From assembly GCA_963766715.1 (NCBI GenBank), contig CAVYBH010000013.1, positions 192,001-256,000 of the forward strand: a DNA stretch of 64,000 nt, written 5' to 3'. This DNA comes from an uncultured delta proteobacterium. GTDB lineage: Bacteria; Myxococcota; Myxococcia; Myxococcales; Anaeromyxobacteraceae. A model generated the notes under the pieces. It was not told where the DNA came from, searched no databases, and saw only the letters and a list, made by a program, of their open reading frames with translations. Positions 11,915 to 22,848 of the stretch are shown piece by piece; position 1 is the first letter of the stretch, and each line of letters begins with the position of its first letter. The translations under genes were made by a program, and so were the position numbers.

Positions 11915-13569
11915 ATGGACATGCTCACCGGTGGCCAGCTCGTCGCCCGGATGCTGAAGAAGGAGGGCGTCGGACACGGTCTTCACCCTCTCCGGCCTCC
12001 ACATCGCGCCCATCTACGTGGGGCTGGTCGAGGAGGGAATCCGGATCGTCGACACCCGCCACGAGCAGGCCGCGGCGCACGCCGCGGACGCCTGGGCCCG
12101 CCTGTCGCGCGGCGTGGGCGTCGCCATCGTGACCGCGGGCCCGGGCGTCACCGACGCGGTGACCGGCGTCGCCAACGCCTGGGCGGCGAACTCCCCGCTC
12201 CTCCTCATCGGCGGAGCCGCCCCCACCTTCAACCAGGGGCGCGGCTCCCTCCAGGAGATGCCCCAGACGCAGCTCTTCCAGGGCATCACCAAGTGGAGCG
12301 ATCGGGTGCCCTCGCCGGAGCTGCTCCCGAGCTACCTGGCCAAGGCCTTCCGCGTGGCCCGCGCCGGCCGACCCGGGCCGGTCTTCCTGGAGATCCCCTG
12401 GGACGTCCTCTCGAACGGCGCCGACGCGGCGATCGCCGACGGGATCACCCACTACCGGACCGACGCCCGCTCGCCGGGCGACCCGCACCGGGTGGAGGCG
12501 GCCATCGCGCTCCTCGCCGGGGCCGAGCGGCCGGTGATCCTGGGCGGCTCGTCGATCTGGTGGGACGACGCCTCCCTGGCCCTCGATCAGCTGGCCCGTC
12601 GCACCGGCATCCCGGTCTACCTGAACGGCATGGGGCGCGGTTGCCTGCCGCCGGACCACGCCGAGTTCTTCCAGCACACCCGCAAGGAGGCGCTCGGCGA
12701 GGCCGACGTGGTGCTGCTCGTGGGGACCCCGCTCGACTTCCGCGTGGGCTACGGCTCGGAGCCCACCTTCGCCGCCGGGGTGAAGGTGATCCAGGTGGAC
12801 ATCGACGCCGCCGAGATCGGGCGCAACCGCCCCATCGACGTGGGCATCGTCGGCGATTCCCGCAGCGTGCTCGTGCAGCTCGAGGCGGGCTCGAAGGCGG
12901 TCCCGGGCGCCCCCGCGTGGCGCCAGAAGCTGCGCGAGAGCGAGTCCCGCAAGCTCGCACCGGCAGGCGGCCTTCGAGGGGAGCGACCAGCGCCCCATCC
13001 ACCACTTCCGGCTCGGCAAGGAGATCGACGCCGCGGCCCGGCGCGCCGGCGACGTCACCTTCGTCGCCGACGGCGGGAACGTCGTGGCCGTGGCGGCCAA
13101 GAGCATCCAGCTGACGCGTCCCGGCCGCTGGCTCGACCCGGGTCCGCTCGGGTGCCTGGGAGTCGGGGCTCCGTTCGCGATGGCGGCCCGGCTCCACGCC
13201 CCGGATCGTCCGGTGGTGGTCATCCAGGGCGACGGATCGTTCGGCCTGAACGGCTTCGACTTCGAGACCGCGGTGCGGTTCAAGCTGCCCATGGTGGTCG
13301 TCGTCGGAAACGACGCGGCCTGGGGCCAGATCCTGATCCCGCAGCGGAGCATGTACGGCGAGGACAAGAGCCCGGCCACGCGGCTCGCCCCCACCCGCTA
13401 CGACCGGGTGGTGGAGGCGTTCGGCGGCAAGGGAGAGCACGTCGACGATCCCGCCGACCTCGCGCCGGCCCTCGACCGCGCCTTCGCCTCGGGAACGGTG
13501 TACTGCGTGGACGTGGCCATCGACCCCGAGTCCGCCGCGGCCTCGGGCGCCGCTGGCTACGCCGTCTGA
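11915..13569 (+). CDS. thiamine-pyrophosphate-dependent enzyme (acetolactate synthase-like / 2-hydroxyacyl-CoA lyase clade; frameshifts near 11975 and 12960)
   Basis: FTLSGLH, RHEQAAAHAADA, TAGPG, RPGPVFLEIPWD, DPGPLGCLGVG and the GDGSFG...N ThDP motif. Confidence 0.88.
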
Positions 13570-13580
13570 CCGGAGGAACC

Positions 13581-14141
13581 ATGTCCGCCCCCCATCCGAA
13601 GCTCCATCGCGACCGCACGGTGATCCTCGTCGTCGACGTGCAGGACCGGCTCACGCCGGCCATGCCGCCCGAGACCCTCGCCCGCCTGGTGAAGTACGCC
13701 CGCGCCCTCATCCACTGCGGGAAGACGCTCGGGCTGCCGGTGCTCGCCACCGAGCAGTATCCGAAGGGGCTGGGGCGCACCATCCCCGAGCTGGCCGAGC
13801 TGCTCCCCTCCCCTCCGCTCGAGAAGGTCCACTTCTCCTGCGGCGCGGATCCCGTCTTCCAGCGCACGCTGGAGACCACCGGGCGCAAGCAGGTGGTGAT
13901 CACCGGCATGGAGACGCACGTCTGCGTCTTCCAGACCACGCGCGACCTGGTCGCCATGGGCTACGACGTGCAGGTCTGCGCCGACGCGGTGTCGAGCCGG
14001 ACGGAGGAGCACCGGGTCCGCGGGCTGGAGCTGGCCCGGCAGGCCGGGGCCACGGTGACCACCGCCGAGACCGCCATCTTCGACCTGCTGCACCAGGCCG
14101 CCACGCCCGAGTTCAAGGCCATTTCACCCTGGGTGAAATAG
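13581..14141 (+). CDS. isochorismatase-family cysteine hydrolase
   Basis: VVDVQ, TEQYPKGLG, KVHFSC and GMETHVCVFQT; GGAGG RBS. Confidence 0.92.
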   Translation: MSAPHPKLHRDRTVILVVDVQDRLTPAMPPETLARLVKYARALIHCGKTLGLPVLATEQYPKGLGRTIPELAELLPSPPLEKVHFSCGADPVFQRTLETTGRKQVVITGMETHVCVFQTTRDLVAMGYDVQVCADAVSSRTEEHRVRGLELARQAGATVTTAETAIFDLLHQAATPEFKAISPWVK

Positions 14142-14162
14142 GGCGCGGGCCCGGCCCGCGCG

Positions 14163-15359
14163 TCAGCGGACGTTCACGGCGATGCGGGGCAGCTGGGGGT
14201 TCACCCGCGTCGTGATCTCGTAGTGGATGGTCCCGGCCCATCCGGCCAGGGCCTCGGCGGTCACGACCTCCTCGCCGTCCCGCCCGAGCAGGACGGCCAC
14301 GTCGCCGGCCTCGGCCCCGGGGACGTCGGTCACGTCCACCATGAACATGTTCATGCAGATGCGCCCGAGCACCGGGGCCCGGTGGCCCCGCACCAGCACG
14401 TGGGCCCGGGACGAGAGCGCGCGCGAGTAGCCCTCGAAGTAGCCCACCGGGACGACGGCGATGCGCGTGCGCCGCAGCGCCCGCCAGGTCCGCCCGTATC
14501 CCACGTAGCCGCCGGCCGGGACGTCCTTCACCTGGGCCAGGAGCGCCTTCCAGGTCATCACCGGCTCGAGGGCGAAGCCGGCCAGCCCCCGCTCCCGCGC
14601 CGAGACCAGGGTCTCCCGCGACGGCCAGAGCCCGTAGAGGCCGATGCCGACCCGGGCCATGTCGAAGTGGGTGCGCGGGAAGAGGATGGCCGCCGCCGAG
14701 CAGGCGGTGTGCCGGACCGACGGGCGCTGTCCGGCGGCGGAGACCCGCTCGACACCCTCCGTGAACCGGGCCAGCTGCGCGTCGGCGTAGCCGTGATCGG
14801 TGGTGTCCTCGATGTCGGCGTAGTGGGTCGAGAGCCCCTCCAGCTCCACGTTGCGCTCGGCGGCGACGACGCGAGCGAGGGTCACCGCGTCGTCGATCTC
14901 GAGCCCCTGCCGGTGCGTGCCGGTCTCGAGCTTCAGGTGGACGCGGGCCGTCCGCCCCTGGGCGCGGGCGGCGCGCGCCAGCCCGGGGATGGCGGAGGCG
15001 TCGTACAGGGTGAGGCGCAGGTCGGCCGCCACGGCGGCCTCGTAGTCCTGGGGAGGCGTGTGTCCCAGGCAGAGGATGGGCACGCCCGGGCCGACGAGCG
15101 CCCGCAGCGGGATGCCCTCGTTCGCTCCCCACACCGCGAGCCAGGAGGCGCCGGCGCGCAGCGCGGCGGGCGCGACCAGCGCCACCCCGTGCCCGTAGGC
15201 CTCGCTCTTCACCACCGCCGCGAGCTTCGAGCCGCCCAGGCGTCCCTGGAAGGCGCGGATGTTCCCGGAGAGCGCGCCGAGGTCGATCTCGAGCCAGCTC
15301 ACGGTGCCGGGCGGGAGGCCGGCGGGTCGGGAGGCCGGTCGTGCATCGGGGGCGGACAT
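14163..15359 (-). CDS. alr: alanine racemase
   Basis: EIDLGAL, AVVKSEAYGHG, HLKLETGTHRQG, RVGIGLYG, VGYG, GRICMN and TIHYEI. Confidence 0.95.
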   Translation of the reverse strand: MSAPDARPASRPAGLPPGTVSWLEIDLGALSGNIRAFQGRLGGSKLAAVVKSEAYGHGVALVAPAALRAGASWLAVWGANEGIPLRALVGPGVPILCLGHTPPQDYEAAVAADLRLTLYDASAIPGLARAARAQGRTARVHLKLETGTHRQGLEIDDAVTLARVVAAERNVELEGLSTHYADIEDTTDHGYADAQLARFTEGVERVSAAGQRPSVRHTACSAAAILFPRTHFDMARVGIGLYGLWPSRETLVSARERGLAGFALEPVMTWKALLAQVKDVPAGGYVGYGRTWRALRRTRIAVVPVGYFEGYSRALSSRAHVLVRGHRAPVLGRICMNMFMVDVTDVPGAEAGDVAVLLGRDGEEVVTAEALAGWAGTIHYEITTRVNPQLPRIAVNVR

Positions 15360-15475
15360 GCGCGGAGTGTAGCCCGGGGAGGCTCCGGGCTCGACGATCC
15401 GGCCGAATTCGGCAGTGCCCCGAAGCGGTTGACCCTCGGGGGCGCGAGTGTTACCTATCGCGTCCCTGCAGTCCC

Positions 15476-15549
<74 letters not shown>

Positions 15550-15556
15550 CTTCGTA

Positions 15557-15597
15557 GCCCCCGAGATTACTCAGGAGTCACGGGGGTTTTTGTTTGT
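15557..15597 (+). terminator. intrinsic terminator after the tRNA
   Basis: AGCCCCCG...CGGGGGTT stem followed by TTTGTTTG. Confidence 0.6.
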
Positions 15598-17315
15598 CTG
15601 GGGTCTTTCGGACTCCCGAGGCGCGGGGCCACGGCCGCGCGGTTGGCGTTGCTCGGCGGCGAAGAGTTGATGCAGGAACTGAATGGCGATGGAGCCTTCG
15701 CCGACCGCCGATGCGACCCGCTTCACCGCACCGTGGCGGACGTCGCCGGCGGCGAACACGCCTGGCATGCTCGACTCGAGGAGGAATGGACTGCGATCGA
15801 GAGGCCATGCGCGACGCCGTGGGACATCTGCTCCGGTGAGGACGAATCCCTGCTCGTCCCGTTCGACGTCCGCCGGAAGCCAGTCGGTGTTGGGCTGGGC
15901 TCCGATCAGCAGGAAGAGCGCGTTCGCCTCGACCGCGGCTTCCGTCTCGCGACCCGGTGTCGCGCAGCACCAGGTGCTCGAGCCGGCCGTCGCCGCCGCC
16001 GCCCACCACCTGGCAGCCGAGTCGGGCCTGGATGTTGTCGGTCGCCTCGATCTGACGAGCGAGGTACTCGGACATCCCGGCGCGGAGCGAATCGGCCCGC
16101 ACCACGAGCGTGACGGTGCGGGCGTAGCGGGCGAGGTGCAGCGCGGCTTGCCCCGCCGAGTTGGCGCCTCCGACGATGAAGACGTCGCGACCCGTGTATG
16201 CCGATGCCTCGGATGTCGGACCCCCGTAGAACACGCCCGCCCCGATCAGCGCCTCCAGCGCCGGCACGTCGAGCCGGCGATACCTGGCGCCCATCGCCAG
16301 GATCACCGCGGAGCAGCGCACCGGGCCGCTGTCGGACAGCGTGACCACGAGCTGGCCCCCGTCACGCGCGAGCCCGGTGACCGACTGCATGAACACGAAC
16401 TCCGCCCCGAACACCCACGCCTGGTTGTACGCGCTCTGGGCCAGCTGCCGGCCGCTGATGCCGCGCGGGAACCCGAGGTAGTTCCGGATGAGCGAGCTCG
16501 ACGTGGCCTGGCCGCCGATGCCGCCCTTGTCGACCACCAGCGTGCGGAACCCTTCCGAGGCGCCGTACACCGCGGCCGACAGGCCCGCGGGACCGGCCCC
16601 GACGATGACGACGTCGAAGTCCACCCGCTCGGGGTTGACGGCACCGCCGGCGGCCACGGCCACCTCGGCGTTGCTCGGGTTCTCGAGGACGTGCCGTTGG
16701 GGAACACGACGAGCGGGAGCTTGGCCCCCTCGGGGGCCGCGGCGACCAGCGCCCGACCCTCGTCCGAGTCGGCCAGGCAGAAGTTGTGCACCATCGCGCA
16801 CTGCTTGAGCGCCTCGCGCAGCTCGTAGGCCCGGCCCGACCACGACTCGCCCACGATGTGTACCGTGTTCGGCGCGGCTCGGTTCGCATCCCACCACTCG
16901 AGCAGCATGCTCGAGATCGTCTGGTGGAAGAGCTCGTCGGGCGACTCCGCCGGCCGGAGGACGTAGTGATCGAACCGACCGTCGGCCACGCCCTCGAAGA
17001 TCTCGTCCCCGACCGCCTTCTGGCCCCAGTCGCCGAACGCCACCACCAGGGCTCGCTTGGCCCGGGGGTGGATCCGCCGGACCTCGGCGAGCAGCTCGCT
17101 GGTGGACGCCGCACCGACCGGCCGGCGAGCACCAGGGCGACTTCGACGCCGGAGGCGGCAAAATCCGCGAGGCGTGCACGCGCCTCCCCGGGCGATCGCA
17201 CGCAGACCACCTGGTAGTGCCGCGCGTACCGATCGCGCAGCTCGCGTTCGATGTCGCCCAGCAGGCTCTGATCGTCGTCGATGGCGAGCAGGACGGGCGG
17301 GCCCATGGCGCGCAT
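15571..17315 (-). CDS. thioredoxin-reductase-like FAD oxidoreductase with N-terminal receiver-like domain (frameshifted)
   Basis: LAIDDD N-terminus; GAGPAGLSAAVYGASEG, GGQATSSSLIRNYLGFP, GGANSAGQAA, FAAGDVR and KRVASAVGEG. Confidence 0.88.
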
Positions 17316-17490
17316 TCTAGGTTACATGCTGCAGGCGACCGGTCGACGCGACGGCGGCTGAACCTGAATGCCGGGATTTTATCGCGCGAGGACGGTGAAG
17401 TGAATGACTCCCGTCGCCGCAAGGAGGGGTCGCCATGTCGACCAGCTGCCCGCGGCACCGCGTGAGGGCTGTGGTACGCGGTCGACCCGG

Positions 17491-18312
17491 ATGCCACCGA
17501 ACCCCTTCTCGAACGCCGCACATCGGCTGCGAAGTGGCGGGTGGATGGCATCTACTTCGTCGTCCTCGCCGGCCTGCTCCTCCCGCTGCTCCTCGTCGCG
17601 CGCGGGCGTGGCACGGACGTGCCGCCGTATCAGCAGCTGGCCGTCGTCCTGGCCGCCTCGTCGATCTGCCAGGCATTGCTCGGGGAACCACTTCCCCGGC
17701 TCCTGGGGCCGCTCGACGGGCGTTGGCCGAGGGAGTTCCTCCTGGGCGGCCTGGGAGGCTTGCTGCTGATGGCCGTTCCGGCGCTGGCGCTCGGCCTGGC
17801 CGGCGTGTTGAGGTGGCGGCTCGACGCGAGCGGGGCCGCTGCCCTCTGGCCCGAGCTGGCGCTCCTGGCCGCCGCAGTGGCGACGGAGGAGCTCCTCTTC
17901 CGGGGATTCCTGTTCCGGCGCCTCCTCGACGGACTGGGAACCTGGCCAGCCCAGCTGATCATCGCGGCGCTCTTCATGCTCACCCACTCCGATGCGCTGC
18001 GCGGGCTGGGACCCCTGGGCTACCTCGCCGGCGCGAACATCTTTCTCGCCTCGATCCTGTTCGGGCTCGCGTACCTGCGGACCCGGAGCCTCGCCATGCC
18101 TTTGGGCCTGCACCTCGCCGCCAACGTCACACAGGGCCCCATCCTGGGATTTGGCGTGAGCGGAATCCGAAGGAGCGAGGCTGCTCGTCCCGCATCCCTC
18201 CAGTGCCCCGGACTGGCTGTACGGGGGGGCGTTCGGGCTCGAGGCCAGCGTGCCCGGACTGGCGTGCGTGGTCGCACTCGTCGTGATTCTCCGGGGCTGG
18301 CGCCCGCGATAG
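17491..18312 (+). CDS. CPBP (CAAX/Abi) intramembrane metalloprotease (frameshifted; start uncertain)
   Basis: EELLFRG, FMLTH and GLHLAAN motifs; multiple TM segments; GGAFGLEAS tail in the shifted frame. Confidence 0.85.
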
Positions 18313-18326
18313 GACGCTGCCGCGGC

Positions 18327-20222
18327 TCAGGCGGAATCGAGGGCCTTCCTCACCCGCTCCTGCAGCCGCGAGGTCGCGAAGGGCTTCCTCAGGACCTCGA
18401 TCCCCGGGTCGAGCATCCCCGCCTTGGAGATGATGTCGTGCGCGTATCCCGACATGTAGAGGACGCGAAGATCCGGCCGCCTCCGGCGTAGCTCGTCGGC
18501 CAGCTCCCGTCCGTTCTGTCCCGGCATGATGACGTCGGTGAGCAGCAGGTCGAACGCGTGCTCCTCTCGCGCTGCGACCTCCAGCGCCTCGCGGCCGCTG
18601 CCGGCGACGATCACCCGGTACCCGGCGGCGCTGAGCGAGCGGAAGGCGGCCTTGCGGACGAGCGGATCGTCCTCGACGACCAGGATGGTCTCGGAGCCTC
18701 GAGTCGACGTGGGCGCTGCCTCCACGACCGCGACGATCTCCTCGGACGTCCGGGGGAAGTACACGTCGAAGGTCGTGCCACGCTCCGGCTCGCTCTCCAG
18801 GAGGATGGCCCCTCCGCTCTGCTTCACGATGCCGTACACCGTCGCGAGACCGAGACCGGTCCCCTTCCCCTGCGGCTTGGTCGTGAAGAACGGCTCGAAC
18901 GCGTGGCCCTTCACCTCGGGCGTCATTCCCACCCCGGTGTCGCTGACCCTCAGCCGGACGTGGGGCCCGACGTGCATGAACCGCTGCTGCGCGACGAAAT
19001 CGTCGTCGATCTGCACGTTCGCGGTCTCGATGGTGAGCTTGCCGCCGTCCGGCATCGCGTCGCGGGCGTTGATGGCGAGGTTCAGGATCACCTGCTCGAT
19101 CTGCCCCGCATCGCACCGCACCGTCCAGACCTCGGGCTCCAGGGTCGTGACGAGCTGGACGTCCTCTCCCAGTGCCCGATGCAGCAGCTTCTCGCTCTCG
19201 CGAACGACGCCGTTCAGGTCGAGGGGCACGGGCGCGATGACCTGCTTGCGAGCGAACGCGAGCAGCTGCCGGGTCAGCTCCTCGGCCCGGCGCCCCGCCG
19301 TCAGGACGTCGTCGACCAGCTCCGAGCGCGCCGAGGCCTCCATGCCCTCCTGCTTCAGCGATTCCGCACAGCTCAGGATGACCGTGAGGAGGTTGTTGAA
19401 GTCGTGCGCGATCCCCCCTGCGAGCCGCCCGACGCTCTCCAGCTTCTGCGACTGGTGGAACTGCTGCTCGAGCTCCTTGCGCTCCCTGTCGGCCCGCTTG
19501 CGCTCCGTGATGTCGCGGATGTTGCACTGGATCACGCTCTGGCCGTCGACACGGTAGACGTTGCTGATGAACTCGACGGCGATCTCGCGCCCGTCGCGCC
19601 CCAGCAGGGGGAGGTCCTCGTAGCGCACGTATTCCTTCGCTTGCAGGTCGGCGAACGAGGCCTTGGAATCGGCCTTGTCCTTGAAGGGGCCGATCTCCCA
19701 GAGGTGCAGGCCCAGGAAGTCGGTCCTCGAGTAGCCCGTCAGCTCGACCAGGAACGGGTTGACGTCGACGATCTTCCCGGTCTCGGCGTCGAGGATCAGG
19801 ATGCCGTCCTTGGCCGCCTCGAAGAGGCGGCGGTACCGCGTCTCGGACGCCTCGAGGGCATGGGCCGCCTTGGTTCGCTCGGTGATGTCGGTGATGACGC
19901 CGACGAGGAACCGGCGGCCGTCGCGGGCGAGGTGGAGCGACTTCCGCGTGAGGATGACGTTCTCCCGACCGGCGCCGTCCGTGAAGAGTTCCTCGTTCTC
20001 GCAGACGCGCCCGGTCGCGAAGACCTGGTCGTCCTTCTCCCGGAAGGCCTCGGCCTCCTCGAGGGGGAAGAAGTCGTGATCGGTCTTCCCGAGCAGTCGC
20101 TCCCGCTCGTACCCCATGAACTTGCAGTAGCTGTCGTTGAGCAGCACCCAGCGGCGTCCCTCGTCCTTCACGAAGACGGGGTTCGGCAAGGCTTCCAGGA
20201 TGTCCTCGAGCATGTCGATCAT
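18327..20222 (-). CDS. PAS-PAS hybrid histidine kinase/response regulator
   Basis: Two PAS domains ending DITER, AGGIAHDFNNLL, NLAINARDAM, DTGVGM, FFTTK, GTGLGL and a receiver (LLTDVIMPG). Confidence 0.95.
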   Translation of the reverse strand: MIDMLEDILEALPNPVFVKDEGRRWVLLNDSYCKFMGYERERLLGKTDHDFFPLEEAEAFREKDDQVFATGRVCENEELFTDGAGRENVILTRKSLHLARDGRRFLVGVITDITERTKAAHALEASETRYRRLFEAAKDGILILDAETGKIVDVNPFLVELTGYSRTDFLGLHLWEIGPFKDKADSKASFADLQAKEYVRYEDLPLLGRDGREIAVEFISNVYRVDGQSVIQCNIRDITERKRADRERKELEQQFHQSQKLESVGRLAGGIAHDFNNLLTVILSCAESLKQEGMEASARSELVDDVLTAGRRAEELTRQLLAFARKQVIAPVPLDLNGVVRESEKLLHRALGEDVQLVTTLEPEVWTVRCDAGQIEQVILNLAINARDAMPDGGKLTIETANVQIDDDFVAQQRFMHVGPHVRLRVSDTGVGMTPEVKGHAFEPFFTTKPQGKGTGLGLATVYGIVKQSGGAILLESEPERGTTFDVYFPRTSEEIVAVVEAAPTSTRGSETILVVEDDPLVRKAAFRSLSAAGYRVIVAGSGREALEVAAREEHAFDLLLTDVIMPGQNGRELADELRRRRPDLRVLYMSGYAHDIISKAGMLDPGIEVLRKPFATSRLQERVRKALDSA

Positions 20223-20278
20223 CCGCCTTGCGGGAAGTATGTGCACCCGCCCCGATTCGCTTTCCCCGCCATCCGGGT

Positions 20279-22226
20279 CTACGGGTTTTGGCGTACCTGG
20301 CGCGCGAGGAGGCCCCGGGCGACGCAAGCAGGAGGCGCGAGATCTCCGCTCGCGCCTGGGCCAGCGAGGAGACCACCAGATCGGCGCCCGCGTCCCGGAG
20401 CCGTCCGGCGGCGCGTGCGGGGTCGACGTCCGGCTCGTCGGGTCGGAAGGCCACCAGGGTCAATCGAGGGAAGCGACCCTTGATCCCCTGGCAGAGCCTG
20501 CGCGCGTGGGGGCCACCCTCCGGAGCGAACGACCCGATGCACACCACGTCGGGTGAGACCTGTTCCACCCGGGCGAGGACCTCGGTCAGGCCTCGACGTC
20601 GCGGGCATCACCTCCATCCTCGCGTGCTCGGCTTCGAGCTCGACGGCGAGCATCTCCAGCAGGAGCTCGCTCTCGGCCCGGTGGGCCGCGACACCCAGCG
20701 CCCGGATCGGCCCCGCGACCTCCGCACCTCCCTTCTCCCTCGCGAGGTGCTCGAAGATGTCCCGCGACCAGGTCACGATGAGTGCCTGGTCGTCGGCGGA
20801 GATCCTCCCTCGCACCAGGTCGCGGGTGGAAAGGGAGATGGTCGGGACCACGATCCGATCGACCACTCCGCCGCGGCCGAGCTCGTCCAGGCTCGCCTGG
20901 ACGAGCTCGGAGGCCCCGTCCTCGTCCCGTGCCAGGAGCCGCTGGTAGAAGCTGATCTCCGGTCCGATCACTTGCTCGTCCCCCAGCAGGACCGCCAGGA
21001 ACTCGAGGTCCGGGACGTGGCGGCCGAGCACCGCCAGCGACACGGTGATCGGGATCGCGAGCGCCAGCCCCACCGGCCCCCAGATCCATGCCCAGAAGAA
21101 GGCCGAGAGCAGGAGCGCGATCGACGAGACGCCGGTGCGACGTCCGAAGAGCACCGGCTCGATGCCGTAGGCCGTCACCAGGTCCATCCCGACGAACAGT
21201 CCGATCGTGAGGAGGGTCCGGGACCAGCCCGGGTAGATCGCGAACGCGAGCGCCGCAGGCATCAGCATCGATGCGATCGAGCCCGAGATACGGGACGAAT
21301 CGCGCGAGCGCGGCCACGGCGCCCCAGAGCACCGCGTATGGAACCCCGATGAGGTACAGGCCGGCGCCCACGACCACGCCGAACAGGGCGTTGACCATCG
21401 TCTGGTCTCGCAGGTACCGGGTGACCCGCAACGCACCCTCGTCGAGCGCCCGGGTCGTCGAGGTCACGTTGCCCGTGCCCACCAGGCTGATGAGCCGGTT
21501 CCGGAGGTCGTTCCGCCGGGCGAGCATGAACACGCACAGGACGAGGACGAAGAGCGCCGTGATCAGGGGTTCTGCCAGCGGCTCGATCAGGTCCCAGAGG
21601 TGCGCCGCCCGGGACACGCGGGCCGGGACGAGGCGCACCACGTCCTCGTCGGCCCCACCCTTCTTCTCGAGTCCGTCGGCGACCCGGGCGATCATGACCT
21701 CGACCCGTGCGAGGGGGCCGCCGGCTCCGGATTGCAGGGCCACCACCTTCCGGCGCATCGATTCCGTGTACTTGCCGAGCTGGGTGGTGAGATCGTCGAA
21801 CTGCGTCACGAGGACGAATCCGGCGCCTCCCATGGTCCCGGCAGCGAGCAGCATCACGAGCGCCAGCGCGGGAAGGCGGGAGAGTCGTCGCTCGAGCCAC
21901 TTCATCGGCGAGGTGAGGATGAACGCCAGGACGGCGGCGAAGGCGACGGGCAGCAGGAAGGGGCGTCCCCGGGAGAGGATCGCCACCACCAGTGCCCCGG
22001 CCGCGAGCTTCGCGACGAGCGACAGGGCCCTGGTCAGCGAGGAGGGGATGCCGCGGTCCACGGTCAGTGCTGCGCGAAGCGGTCCTTCGCCTCGGCGACG
22101 CTCGACGACTTCGTTCCGAGGGTTCCCATGCGCGCTCCTCTTCTCGAGTTCCGGGGCATCAGGAGAAGCCCGCTCCCGCCGCCAGGAGGACACTGCACCC
22201 CCCGTGCCGCGACCGCTGGACTGCAA
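20279..22226 (-). CDS. AI-2E family transporter with soluble C-terminal extension (frameshifted; both ends approximate)
   Basis: RNDLRNRLISL, ARFVPYLG, IEPVLFGRRTGVS, FWAWIWGPVGLALAIP and FYQRLLARD. Confidence 0.82.
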
Positions 22227-22316
22227 TCCCCCGCCGTCGCTCGGCCCGGAGGTGCGGGTTCACGCGGACGGCCGTTCGCGGGCGCGCCGTGAACGTTCGC
22301 GAGAGATGAGCCTCCC

Positions 22317-22724
22317 TCACGGATGGGCGCGCGCCCTCAGGTAGTCGCCGATGCGCTGGTCGCTCGACGTCACGTGGTCCCTCAGCCAGAGATCCAGGAA
22401 GCCGACCAGGGCGAGGAGCAGGGCGGTCGAGGCGCCCTCGGATTCCCAGTGCGGCACCAGGGCGCCGAGCCTGCGCTGGAAATCGGCGTGCTGACGCACG
22501 TGCTCGCGGAGACCCGGGTATCTCGCCTCCCGCAGCAATCGCTCCTCCGCTCCCAGGTGGACCGTCGCGTACCGGGTGAGGAAGCCGAACAGCTCGGCCA
22601 GGCGGTGGTTCGGCTCCCGCGCCTTCACGGCCGCCTCGAAGCACGCCGCCTTCTCGAAGAGGGCCTGGTGCTGGGCATCGATCTCGGGCACGCCGATGGA
22701 GAGCGAAGGCTTCCAGGAGATCAT
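22317..22724 (-). CDS. bacteriohemerythrin
   Basis: W..SLSIGVPEIDAQH, HLGAEE, YPGLREHVRQH and WLRDHVTSSD di-iron ligands. Confidence 0.9.
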   Translation of the reverse strand: MISWKPSLSIGVPEIDAQHQALFEKAACFEAAVKAREPNHRLAELFGFLTRYATVHLGAEERLLREARYPGLREHVRQHADFQRRLGALVPHWESEGASTALLLALVGFLDLWLRDHVTSSDQRIGDYLRARAHP

Positions 22725-22848
22725 CAGCCACTCCTTGCAGGGAACCGGGTTCACGACGGTCCTCGCGGCACACTGTCACATGCTCACGGGACACCTGACG
22801 CAGTGAGTCACGGAGGAGATGTGCGCAACAAGGACCGCTGTAGGCGGT

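Noticed and set aside
12018..14141. Apparent ThDP enzyme-isochorismatase fusion ORF
   Set aside because: Frameshift artefact: the ThDP C-terminus is in another frame ending at 13569, and the hydrolase has its own RBS and ATG at 13581.
22770..22830. Crp/Fnr-like dyads upstream of hemerythrin (TGACGCAGTGAGTCA)
   Set aside because: Half-sites and spacing do not fit TTGAT-N4-ATCAA or TGTGA-N6-TCACA well enough.
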